Positions 1-7,922 of a stretch of DNA of 64,000 nucleotides are shown in pieces. The notes under the pieces are model-generated. The model was not told where the DNA came from, ran no database searches, and saw nothing but the letters and a program-made list of their open reading frames with translations. The DNA is taken from positions 1 to 64,000 of the forward strand of contig JBGSMD010000012.1 of assembly GCA_041740355.1 (NCBI GenBank), in the 5' to 3' direction. The position numbers and the translations under genes are program-made. This DNA comes from Bdellovibrionota bacterium (GTDB taxonomy: Bacteria; Bdellovibrionota_C; UBA2361; CALJRW01). Position 1 is the stretch's first letter; every line of letters starts with the position of its first letter.

Positions 1-60
1 CGATACCAATAATTCCTTATGGCTCGCTACTTCCTTATTGATTTCTAACTTTCGGGACAC

Positions 61-291
61 ATGTCACTTATGACATATCTTCAAGACTATAGATATAGAA
101 AATCATACTTCTTACGTAATTTATTTATTGGACTTACTATATATGATCCGATTAAAAAAGTAGTTAAAGAAGAGTTTGGTGGAGTTCTGGATACTCAGGG
201 TTATCCGGACCTATGGCATCTCTGCGGCCATGAAATGATCCGTGGGTTCTGGAAGATTCAGCTTGAAGAGCTAACGAGGGACAGGACTTAA
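61..291 (+). CDS. hypothetical protein or fragment of a gene starting before the window
   Basis: 76-aa ORF with no recognisable motif. An in-frame stop at 10-12 means it does not simply continue off the window edge. Confidence 0.3.
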   Translation: MSLMTYLQDYRYRKSYFLRNLFIGLTIYDPIKKVVKEEFGGVLDTQGYPDLWHLCGHEMIRGFWKIQLEELTRDRT

Positions 292-341
292 ATCTAATAA
301 TCGAATTGATTCTTACCTAGTTTGATCACAGAAAAAAGGCA

Positions 342-788
342 CTAATCTTCTAACTCCTTTAAAGTCTCTTGAAATTGCTCTAAACTGGAAAATTCGCGAT
401 AGACAGAGACAAACCTGAGGTAAGCAATCTTATCAAGTTTTTTTAGGGCAGCAATCACGATATTGCCTACTTCCTCACTAGGTATTTCTTTTGTGCTTAA
501 TTCTGAAACTTGACGCTCAATATCGTGAACGGTTTGATCGATATCATCTAGAGATACGGGACGCTTTTGACATGAACGAATTAGTCCTTGTCTAATTTTT
601 TCTGATCGAAAATTCTCCCTTCGACCACTCTTTTTTACTATGATTGGAAAGGTAAGCTCAACCTGTTCTGACGTGGAGTATCGATGAGTACAAGAAACAC
701 ATTCCCTTCGACGGCGAATGCTATAATCATCTGTTCGAGTTTCAATAACCGATGACTTTTCTTCAGAATTACATTTGGGGCAGCGCAT
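342..788 (-). CDS. nrdR: transcriptional repressor NrdR
   Basis: MRCPKC...IRRRRECVSC zinc ribbon, ATP-cone (KKSGRRENF) and AYLRFVSVYR. Start placed at the ATG of MRCPKC. Confidence 0.96.
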   Translation of the reverse strand: MRCPKCNSEEKSSVIETRTDDYSIRRRRECVSCTHRYSTSEQVELTFPIIVKKSGRRENFRSEKIRQGLIRSCQKRPVSLDDIDQTVHDIERQVSELSTKEIPSEEVGNIVIAALKKLDKIAYLRFVSVYREFSSLEQFQETLKELED

Positions 789-799
789 GTCTTTGTCAT

Positions 800-838
800 A
801 AATAATGGGATGAAACAAGCTTAACTTGCTTCATCCCA
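800..838 (-). terminator. intrinsic terminator after acpP
   Basis: Minus strand TGGGATGAAGCAAG-TTAAG-CTTGTTTCATCCCA followed by TTATTT. Confidence 0.7.
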
Positions 839-859
839 ATACAGCGCCACGGGTAGGGA

Positions 860-1099
860 TTACTCTTGGCGGCTTTGGATGTAAGATGTTACATCATTTA
901 CAGTTTGAATTTTTTCAGCATCCTCGTCTGGGATTTCTAAATCATACTCTTCTTCTAGAGCCATGATTAATTCAACGATATCAAGGGAATCAGCACCAAG
1001 ATCTTCAATAAAAGATGCTTCTGGTGTTACTTCTTCAGGGGAAACATTAAGCTGATCTACAATTATTCCTTTAATACGATCAACAATCGCTTCTGACAT
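860..1099 (-). CDS. acpP: acyl carrier protein
   Basis: [19 protein letters not shown] phosphopantetheine site. ATG at 1097-1099 is preceded by a GGAG RBS. Confidence 0.97.
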   Translation of the reverse strand: MSEAIVDRIKGIIVDQLNVSPEEVTPEASFIEDLGADSLDIVELIMALEEEYDLEIPDEDAEKIQTVNDVTSYIQSRQE

Positions 1100-1170
1100 T
1101 TTTTTCTCCAAAATATATTAAACCGACAAAAGTCACTTTCTATTAAAGACAACTCTTAGCAGTGAGCAAA

Positions 1171-1399
1171 GTATTGGTTTGCCAATACCTGCCATAAAAA
1201 ACAAAGTCTAGTCGTAAACTCTACCAAGAAAATACAACCAGGTTGAGAGTTTTGACAATGATATTAAAAGCGTAACCTTGGCTTTTAATATGATTATTAG
1301 CTGGTTTCCTTTAAATTACGAAATTCAGCTAACTCACAAAAAAACAAATATAATCATTTTCCTAAGCATGTCAACCATTGTCATTTAGACATATGATTA
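1171..1399 (-). other. run of five consecutive stem-loops, candidate structured 5' leader of acpP
   Basis: Inverted repeats at 1171-1188, 1211-1256, 1261-1291 (perfect 11 bp), 1297-1332 and 1351-1399. Confidence 0.4.
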
Positions 1400-1414
1400 A
1401 ACGCTAGATACGTC

Positions 1415-1443
1415 ATGCTAGTAAATACACAACAATTTTACAA
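1415..1443 (-). promoter_or_regulatory. putative sigma70 promoter for acpP
   Basis: Minus strand TTGTAA-N17-TAGCAT. Confidence 0.35.
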
Positions 1444-1573
1444 GTCAAAAATCAGTCTTATTTATTGATTTTCAACTCTTTTTTATCGCTAATAAAGATT
1501 CAAACTAGGTTGATTGGAGGGGCAATGCTGTTTAAATTGTGGCAAGAATCAATCCTCCCCATCTGAAACAGGT

Positions 1574-2323
1574 TTACATGTACATTCCACCATTTACGCC
1601 AATTATCTGCCCTGTGATGTAACCAGCATGAGGACTTGCTAAGAAGGATACAGTGCCAGCAATATCTTCAACAGAGCCATATTTAGACAGTGGAATAATC
1701 TTTAAATGTTCTTGCTTAACACGTTCATCTAATTTCTCTGTCATTTCTGTTTCAATGAAGCCTGGAGTTATAGCATTAACAGTGATGTTACGAGCAGAAA
1801 GTTCTCTTGCTAAAGATTTTGTTAAACCAATCAAACCAGCCTTAGAGGATACATAAGCAGCTTGTCCAGCATTCCCCATTTCACCTACTACAGAACTAAT
1901 ATTAATAATCGTTCCACTTCGTTGTTTCATCATTACCTTAGCTGCTTCTTGTGAACAATTAAAAGAACCGTAAAGATTCACTTTTAGAACCTTATCCCAA
2001 TCCTCGGCTTTGTATCTGATAAAAATCCCATCGATTACAATGCCGGCATTATTTACTAAGATATCTAGTGTTGGAGATAATTCTTTCATCTGCTTAAATG
2101 CGGCACCAACTGATTCAGCATCAGCAACGTTAAAACCAAGTGCCCAGGAATTCACACCTTGCTCTTTACAAAGAGTTACGGTTTCTTCGGCTGCACCAGC
2201 TCCAGACGAATAATTTACAAAAACATTTGCACCGTTTTGTGCTAAAGAAAGACAAATCGCACGCCCAATTCCTCGTGAGCCACCAGTAACTAAAGCAGTT
2301 TTTCCAGAAAGTAATCTAGTCAT
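1574..2323 (-). CDS. fabG: 3-oxoacyl-ACP reductase
   Basis: TGGSRGIG, NNAG, YVSSK and NGGMYM motifs; adjacent to acpP. Confidence 0.96.
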   Translation of the reverse strand: MTRLLSGKTALVTGGSRGIGRAICLSLAQNGANVFVNYSSGAGAAEETVTLCKEQGVNSWALGFNVADAESVGAAFKQMKELSPTLDILVNNAGIVIDGIFIRYKAEDWDKVLKVNLYGSFNCSQEAAKVMMKQRSGTIINISSVVGEMGNAGQAAYVSSKAGLIGLTKSLARELSARNITVNAITPGFIETEMTEKLDERVKQEHLKIIPLSKYGSVEDIAGTVSFLASPHAGYITGQIIGVNGGMYM

Positions 2324-2460
2324 AAATAAGAATATTGATATAAAAGAGGTCAGGTAAAATATAGCAAAGATTCATATAATTGCTAGCATTTTCAAAGAAT
2401 TTTTCTAAAGGGTAGTTAGCAAATCCCAAAAAGGATTTCTGTTAAAGCTGAATTTGTTAA

Positions 2461-3582
2461 TTATGAACCTTCAACTACAGCTTTCTTCTTTTTAATATCA
2501 AATTTGCCACTAGCTCGATCCCACATACCATCTTCATAAGATACAACATCTAGAATGCTTTCAATTTTAACCAATGCCTTGGTCATTTTTTTGATAATTT
2601 CTGCATTGTACAACTGATTTGCAACACGAATTGCGTTAAAGATAGCCTTCTCATTAGAGGAACCATGACAAACGATTGCAATATTATTTAGTCCCAGTAA
2701 TGGTGCCCCACCATAAGATGAAGGATCTAATTTTTCTTTAAACAATTTTTTAAAGATAGGCTTGGCTAAGTACATCCCAATTTTTCCACGCCAGCTATCA
2801 TGAACATTACGTCGAATGGAATCAACCACTAGCTCCACACTTCCTTCCATAGTCTTTAGGACAATATTACCTACAAAACCATCACAAACTACGACATCAG
2901 CCATGTCTCTAGGAATATGTCGCCCTTCCACAAATCCAATGAAATTTAATTCTTTGATATTTGATAAAATGTATGCAGCAGCTCTGGACAAATCATTTCC
3001 TTTAGAACTTTCAGTACCATTTGATAAGATTCCAATTCTTGGTTCAGGAAGATTGAATAAAGCTTGTGAATAAAACTTACCCATGATTGCGAAATGCGCA
3101 AACTGCTCTGCATGACACTGTACGTTAGCTCCACTATCAACGAGCACTGTGGGATGACTCTCATCCGCTCTAGGGATAAGTGTGGCGATGGCTGGACGAC
3201 TAATTCCTTCTATCGCTCCAATTACATACAAACCGGCAGCTAACATTGCACCAGTATTTCCAGGGCTTACAACAGACTGGGCCTGACCCTCTTTCACTAA
3301 TTGAAAAGCTTGTTTAATAGAATAATTTGCTTTGGAGCGAATTGCTTTAGTAGGAGAATCTTCCATCGTAATGAATTCTGGGGCATTAACGATCGAAATC
3401 ATTTCAGGACGTTCGATGGTATTCTTAGTCATTTCAGCACGAATTAAACTTTCGTCACCGACTAAGAGAACTTTAATATTTAATTTATTACAGGCTTGAA
3501 TCGCACCGCGGACAATGATCTCTGGACCAAAATCTCCTCCCATTACATCTACAGCAACAGGCAAGGAATTGGACATACTCAT
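2461..3582 (-). CDS. plsX: phosphate acyltransferase PlsX
   Basis: AVDVMGGDFGP, GNTGA, DGFVGNIVLK and GGAPLLG motifs. Confidence 0.96.
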   Translation of the reverse strand: MSMSNSLPVAVDVMGGDFGPEIIVRGAIQACNKLNIKVLLVGDESLIRAEMTKNTIERPEMISIVNAPEFITMEDSPTKAIRSKANYSIKQAFQLVKEGQAQSVVSPGNTGAMLAAGLYVIGAIEGISRPAIATLIPRADESHPTVLVDSGANVQCHAEQFAHFAIMGKFYSQALFNLPEPRIGILSNGTESSKGNDLSRAAAYILSNIKELNFIGFVEGRHIPRDMADVVVCDGFVGNIVLKTMEGSVELVVDSIRRNVHDSWRGKIGMYLAKPIFKKLFKEKLDPSSYGGAPLLGLNNIAIVCHGSSNEKAIFNAIRVANQLYNAEIIKKMTKALVKIESILDVVSYEDGMWDRASGKFDIKKKKAVVEGS

Positions 3583-3639
3583 GAAGTGGAAAAAACTAGA
3601 ATTTACCGAAAGCTTAAGTAACTATTAAAAGTACTAAGT

Positions 3640-3785
3640 TAAACCCTACTCTTATCATTATTGAAAATATCAAATATAATTAAGTAGGGTTTGTTTTTAT
3701 TTTTTTACGGCAAAAATGGCAAAGCCATTATTTTGCTCGCCCACTGTCATTAATTTTTTGTCAAAAACAAATGGCAGAGGGTTTA
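3640..3785. repeat. family-2 hairpin repeat (MITE-like), copy 1
   Basis: TA-AACCC...GGGTT-TA ends; reverse-complement homolog of 32678-32819 including the GGCGAGCAAAATAATGGCTTTGCCATTTTTGCCGTA core. Confidence 0.8.
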
Positions 3786-3828
3786 TTAAATATCTGCTGT
3801 AAACATCACCACAAAATGGTGTGAACTA

Positions 3829-4005
3829 CTAAGCAACGTTTAAAACTTTTGAACCTTTGTAGTGACCACAATGAGTACAAACTCGGTGTGCCAGAATCTG
3901 CTCACCACAATGAGAGCAAACGATACCAGACTTTGGAGTTATTCCATGGTGCGATCTTCGCATTCTTTGACGAGAAACTGAGGTTTTTTTCTTTGGAACT
4001 GGCAT
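3829..4005 (-). CDS. rpmF: 50S ribosomal protein L32 (58 aa, missing from the ORF track)
   Basis: Hand translation gives MPVPKKKTSVSRQRMRRSHHG...CSHCG...HRVCTHCGHYKG; canonical position upstream of plsX. Confidence 0.96.
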   Translation of the reverse strand: MPVPKKKTSVSRQRMRRSHHGITPKSGIVCSHCGEQILAHRVCTHCGHYKGSKVLNVA

Positions 4006-4062
4006 ATTATTACTTTTAAAAAGAGGTCATTTTTATAACAAATTATTTGTTTTGGATCAAGT

Positions 4063-4214
4063 GCAGTCCCCTAGGGACTGCCTCCCGAGCTTTCCCCGAG
4101 TTGATCGAGGGGGATGTCGAGGGACCCCTCGACTCCCTTCGACAAGCTCAGGGTTAAAAGCTCGGGGGATAAAGGGCCGAGCCCTTTAGGGCTCGCCTCG
4201 AGTCTATCGAGAGG
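4063..4214. repeat. GC-rich cluster of nested REP-like palindromes (CCCTGAGCTTGTCGAAGGG type)
   Basis: Five related units (4083-4124, 4094-4112, 4125-4167, 4135-4153, 4196-4214) plus hairpins GCAGTCCC-CTA-GGGACTGC and GAGCCCT-TT-AGGGCTC, directly after the actF stop. Confidence 0.8.
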
Positions 4215-5504
4215 CTACCAGTCAGTAGAACCCTTAGTCAAAGGATGCGAAATCGCAATATAAGGGAATTTAGCTAAGAAACTCTGAATACAAAGTCCAT
4301 ATCCCCCTAAGAAACCTAAAAATAACCCTAGTTCCAATGTCCCAAAGGTTCTTCCAATTGGAATCTCATTGGGAAATAGTTGCGGCATAACTACTACATA
4401 CTTCTCAAACCAATATCCAACAAGAATTACTGCGACTGTAGTTAGGTAGGCCCAGCGAGTTTTTTTTATATCTTCACTTAGTAGCATGACAAAAGGAATG
4501 ATAAAGCAACAAGAAAAAACGAAATAACTAAGTGGCATCCAAGTTCCACGTACACGTGTTAACATCCAGGCAGTTTCTTCCGGTAAATTACCATACCACT
4601 GTGGTAAATACTGACTAAGGAACAGGTATCCCCAAAGAATAGTAAATCCTAGTTGCAATTTCCCTAAGTCCCAAAGTTGGTCTTTATTAACAACTTTAGC
4701 AAAATCTTTATTTAAGCTGGCATGGTAAAAGATGCTGATTGCTAAAACAGCCCAGCCCATAGAAACATTACCAACAAAATTAAATCCACCGAACATGTTG
4801 GAGTACCAAATAGTATCCATTCCCATGATCATTTCAAAGGCAAAAAGTGAATAAATAATAACATAAAGAAAAATCATTACTGGTGCTAAACGATTTAGCT
4901 TTCTTTGCGTTGGTTTAATTTCATTCTCAGCTCCTTTCCAGTTTTTTAAAAAGCCTGGTGTAAGTGCTGCCGCCCAATTTTTTTTATGTTCTGGATGCTC
5001 GCTAATGAAACCGGCATCATTACGTAGCATTTGATCTACATAATATTTAAACATAATAATTAAAAATCCAAACATGATTGCAAAGCGACAATAAACAAAG
5101 GTTGGATCCATCCACATTTCTCTTCCCGGCATCGGTTTAGTAGCCCAGGGAAATAAATAATCGCGGCCAATGTATGTTGTAAGCAGACATAGAAAGATAT
5201 AAGGTAAAAATGAAATATTAGCTTCACAGAGACGCCGTAGTGTTGCCGACCACTTAGCTCTAACAATTTGGAAAATCAAAACAGCAACTAAGCCACCAAA
5301 AGTTAATCCCATCCAATATAAAGTATTCACATAGAATACTCCCCAGAAATGTTTTTTATCAGCGAATAGTAATCCAGCAAAAAAAACAACAATTCCGATA
5401 GTCAAAGCAAGTGAAAAAAACAATCTTAATTTTTTTGAAAAAGCGATTGGTTTAGTGGCTAAGACTTCTTCGATATTTACCTTTACGTAATTAGCATGTG
5501 ACAT
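4215..5504 (-). CDS. actF: alternative complex III subunit ActF (NrfD-like membrane subunit)
   Basis: Multi-TM protein with WYSNMFG, DLGKL and SQYLPQWYGNLPEE; last gene of the actA-F cluster. Confidence 0.85.
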   Translation of the reverse strand: MSHANYVKVNIEEVLATKPIAFSKKLRLFFSLALTIGIVVFFAGLLFADKKHFWGVFYVNTLYWMGLTFGGLVAVLIFQIVRAKWSATLRRLCEANISFLPYIFLCLLTTYIGRDYLFPWATKPMPGREMWMDPTFVYCRFAIMFGFLIIMFKYYVDQMLRNDAGFISEHPEHKKNWAAALTPGFLKNWKGAENEIKPTQRKLNRLAPVMIFLYVIIYSLFAFEMIMGMDTIWYSNMFGGFNFVGNVSMGWAVLAISIFYHASLNKDFAKVVNKDQLWDLGKLQLGFTILWGYLFLSQYLPQWYGNLPEETAWMLTRVRGTWMPLSYFVFSCCFIIPFVMLLSEDIKKTRWAYLTTVAVILVGYWFEKYVVVMPQLFPNEIPIGRTFGTLELGLFLGFLGGYGLCIQSFLAKFPYIAISHPLTKGSTDW

Positions 5505-5517
5505 AATGAGTTATTCC

Positions 5518-6024
5518 TTAATCTTCCAGAGAAATTTTTTCTTGTTGAACGTTGCGTATATAATTGATGATATCCCAGGTTTCCGTTGCGGAAAGTTTCC
5601 AACCAACAGGGTACATAATTCTTAGTCCAAAATGAATCGTCCCATACATATTTCCCTCAGTACGATCATGATAAAGTGGCAGCGCCAAGTTTGGAGCTGG
5701 AATCATCGATCCGACAACTGCTGGCTGATGAACTTTACCAATTACACCATGACAAGCGCCGCAATTTACTTCAAATAATCTTTGTCCCCGGAGTACCGAA
5801 TCTTTAGTAAGTGGCACAGGGTTAACTAATTTTTCTGCTTCTTCTTTGCTATCTACTTTATAATCTAAAGATCCTTTGGAAACGGAACCTTTTGGTTGCG
5901 GGCGCATAATTTGCCCAGTTGTAGGTTGAACCTCAACCATATCATCATTGAATGGTAAGGCCGATACCAAATTTACAATGCAGAGACTGCTAACTAAAAC
6001 AGATAATAATAATTTCATTTTCAT
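5518..6024 (-). CDS. actE: alternative complex III monoheme cytochrome c ActE
   Basis: Signal peptide, single CGACH and WDIINYIR; cluster position. Confidence 0.85.
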   Translation of the reverse strand: MKMKLLLSVLVSSLCIVNLVSALPFNDDMVEVQPTTGQIMRPQPKGSVSKGSLDYKVDSKEEAEKLVNPVPLTKDSVLRGQRLFEVNCGACHGVIGKVHQPAVVGSMIPAPNLALPLYHDRTEGNMYGTIHFGLRIMYPVGWKLSATETWDIINYIRNVQQEKISLED

Positions 6025-6537
6025 CTATAAGCCTTCTTTTACCATTACTTCATCAGCACCAGTGTGGGCTAATTTTTCTTTAATTTGATCAACTTGATCT
6101 GGCTCACACCCGATCACAACGCCATACTTATCATCAGAGAATCTTGGATCGTATCCAACTTTACGAAAAATATTAGGAATACGACAAAGAAAAAGCATTC
6201 CATTTAAGGTAAACAAAGCTCCAAAAAGAATTGTCCACTCATAACCCACAACAATATAAGCTGGAATTGAAACAATATTTTTTGCACTAACACGCATTGG
6301 CCAATCCAAGCCCGTAAGGATGGCTAATGCAAAACCAGCAATCAATCCACAAATCCCTCCAATTAAAGAGATAGTTGCAATTACACTACGTTTGGAATCA
6401 ACGGCGTGAACTAATGCCGGAACATATGTTGGTGCATAAACTTGATAATCTTTGGCATTATCTTTTGCGACTTGAATACCTTTTAAGGCATCATCCAAAT
6501 ATGTAAAAACTCCAACTACTACTTTTTGACCTTTCAT
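6025..6537 (-). CDS. actD: alternative complex III subunit ActD (DUF3341)
   Basis: Two TM helices, DWPMRVSAK and YDPRFSDDK; cluster position. Confidence 0.85.
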   Translation of the reverse strand: MKGQKVVVGVFTYLDDALKGIQVAKDNAKDYQVYAPTYVPALVHAVDSKRSVIATISLIGGICGLIAGFALAILTGLDWPMRVSAKNIVSIPAYIVVGYEWTILFGALFTLNGMLFLCRIPNIFRKVGYDPRFSDDKYGVVIGCEPDQVDQIKEKLAHTGADEVMVKEGL

Positions 6538-6545
6538 AATTCTTC

Positions 6546-7922
6546 CTAATGATGATGTACAGAGGAGTGTGGATCGCGAACTGGTGCCTCAATCACCTCT
6601 TTCACTTCAACAATGGCAATTGAAGGGAAGAACTTTATGAACAATGTCATCCACATTCCAAACCAACCAAATGCACCAATTGTAATTCCTACGTCAATCC
6701 AAGAGAAATTGTATCCACCCCAAGCGGCTGGAATAAAATCTCGAGCAAGGGATGTAAAGATAATATTAAAACGTTCTAACCACATCCCGATGTTAATAAT
6801 AATTGACATCACAAATAGGTAGGCAATATTTGTCCGCAATGGTTTATACCAAAGTGTTAATGGTGCCATACAGTTACAGAAAGCCATTCCCCAGAAAGCT
6901 AATTTGAACTCGCCAAAAGGTCGGAACCAAAACTGGTAACGCTCAAACATGTTGTTACTAAACCAAGCAACATAAAACTCAGTTACGTAAGCATAAGTTA
7001 CCACACCACTAGTAAGTAGGATTAACTTACACATGGCATCAAAGTGAAAATCTGTAATGATTCGCTCTAACTTGAAAATCTTACGAAGTGGAATCACTAA
7101 TGTGATTACCATGGCAACGCCTGAAAAAATCGCACCGGCTACGAAGTAAGGTGGAAAGATTGTCGCGTGCCAGCCCGGAATGATACTCATCGCAAAATCC
7201 CAACTAACAACTGAGTGAACAGATACTACTAGTGGAGTTGCTAAAGCGGCAAAAATTAAATATGCCGCAACATAGTTTTTGTACTGTCTGGCATTTCCGG
7301 TCCAACCAAGCGAAGTTATACTGTAAAGTATTTTGCGAAATTTCGTTTTGGCCTTATCTCTTGCTGAGGCAATATCAGGAATTAAACCAACAATAAAGAA
7401 TGTTGTTGATACAGTAAAGTAAGTAGATACAGCAAATACGTCCCAGAGTAATGGTGACTTAAAGTTTGGCCATAAAGCTCTTTCGTTGGGAATCGGCATC
7501 AACCAGTAGGCATACCAAGGACGACCAACGTGAATAATTGGGAATAGTCCTGCTGTCATTACAGCAAATACTGTCATAGCTTCTGCTAAACGATAAATAG
7601 GCTGACGAAACTTGGCGCGAAACAGGTAGAGTACTGCTGAAATAAGAGTTCCAGAGTGAGCAATACCAACCCAAAACACGAAGTTTGTAATGTACACTCC
7701 CCACATAATTGGGTGAGATAATCCAGTCATACCAAGACCGTAAATCATCATTGAGATCCAACAACCAAAGCCCATCACCCAAGTGGCGATACAGCTTAAT
7801 AATAAAACATACCAACCAAATGTTGGTTTTTCCAACATGCTTAGTACAGTTTCATTGACCTCATGATAAGTAACTTCGCCACTATATTTTGTAGCGTTAT
7901 CTTTTATAATATCCGTGCTCAT
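6546..7922 (-). CDS. actC: alternative complex III quinol-binding subunit ActC (NrfD/PsrC family)
   Basis: WGVYITNFVFWVGIAHSGTLIS, HVGRPW and SVHSVVSWDFA motifs. Confidence 0.92.
   Translation of the reverse strand: MSTDIIKDNATKYSGEVTYHEVNETVLSMLEKPTFGWYVLLLSCIATWVMGFGCWISMMIYGLGMTGLSHPIMWGVYITNFVFWVGIAHSGTLISAVLYLFRAKFRQPIYRLAEAMTVFAVMTAGLFPIIHVGRPWYAYWLMPIPNERALWPNFKSPLLWDVFAVSTYFTVSTTFFIVGLIPDIASARDKAKTKFRKILYSITSLGWTGNARQYKNYVAAYLIFAALATPLVVSVHSVVSWDFAMSIIPGWHATIFPPYFVAGAIFSGVAMVITLVIPLRKIFKLERIITDFHFDAMCKLILLTSGVVTYAYVTEFYVAWFSNNMFERYQFWFRPFGEFKLAFWGMAFCNCMAPLTLWYKPLRTNIAYLFVMSIIINIGMWLERFNIIFTSLARDFIPAAWGGYNFSWIDVGITIGAFGWFGMWMTLFIKFFPSIAIVEVKEVIEAPVRDPHSSVHHH

Noticed and set aside
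4063-4214. CRISPR array or tRNA
   Set aside because: The units are nested and inverted with no regular unique spacers, no cloverleaf or T-loop, and no cas genes in the window.
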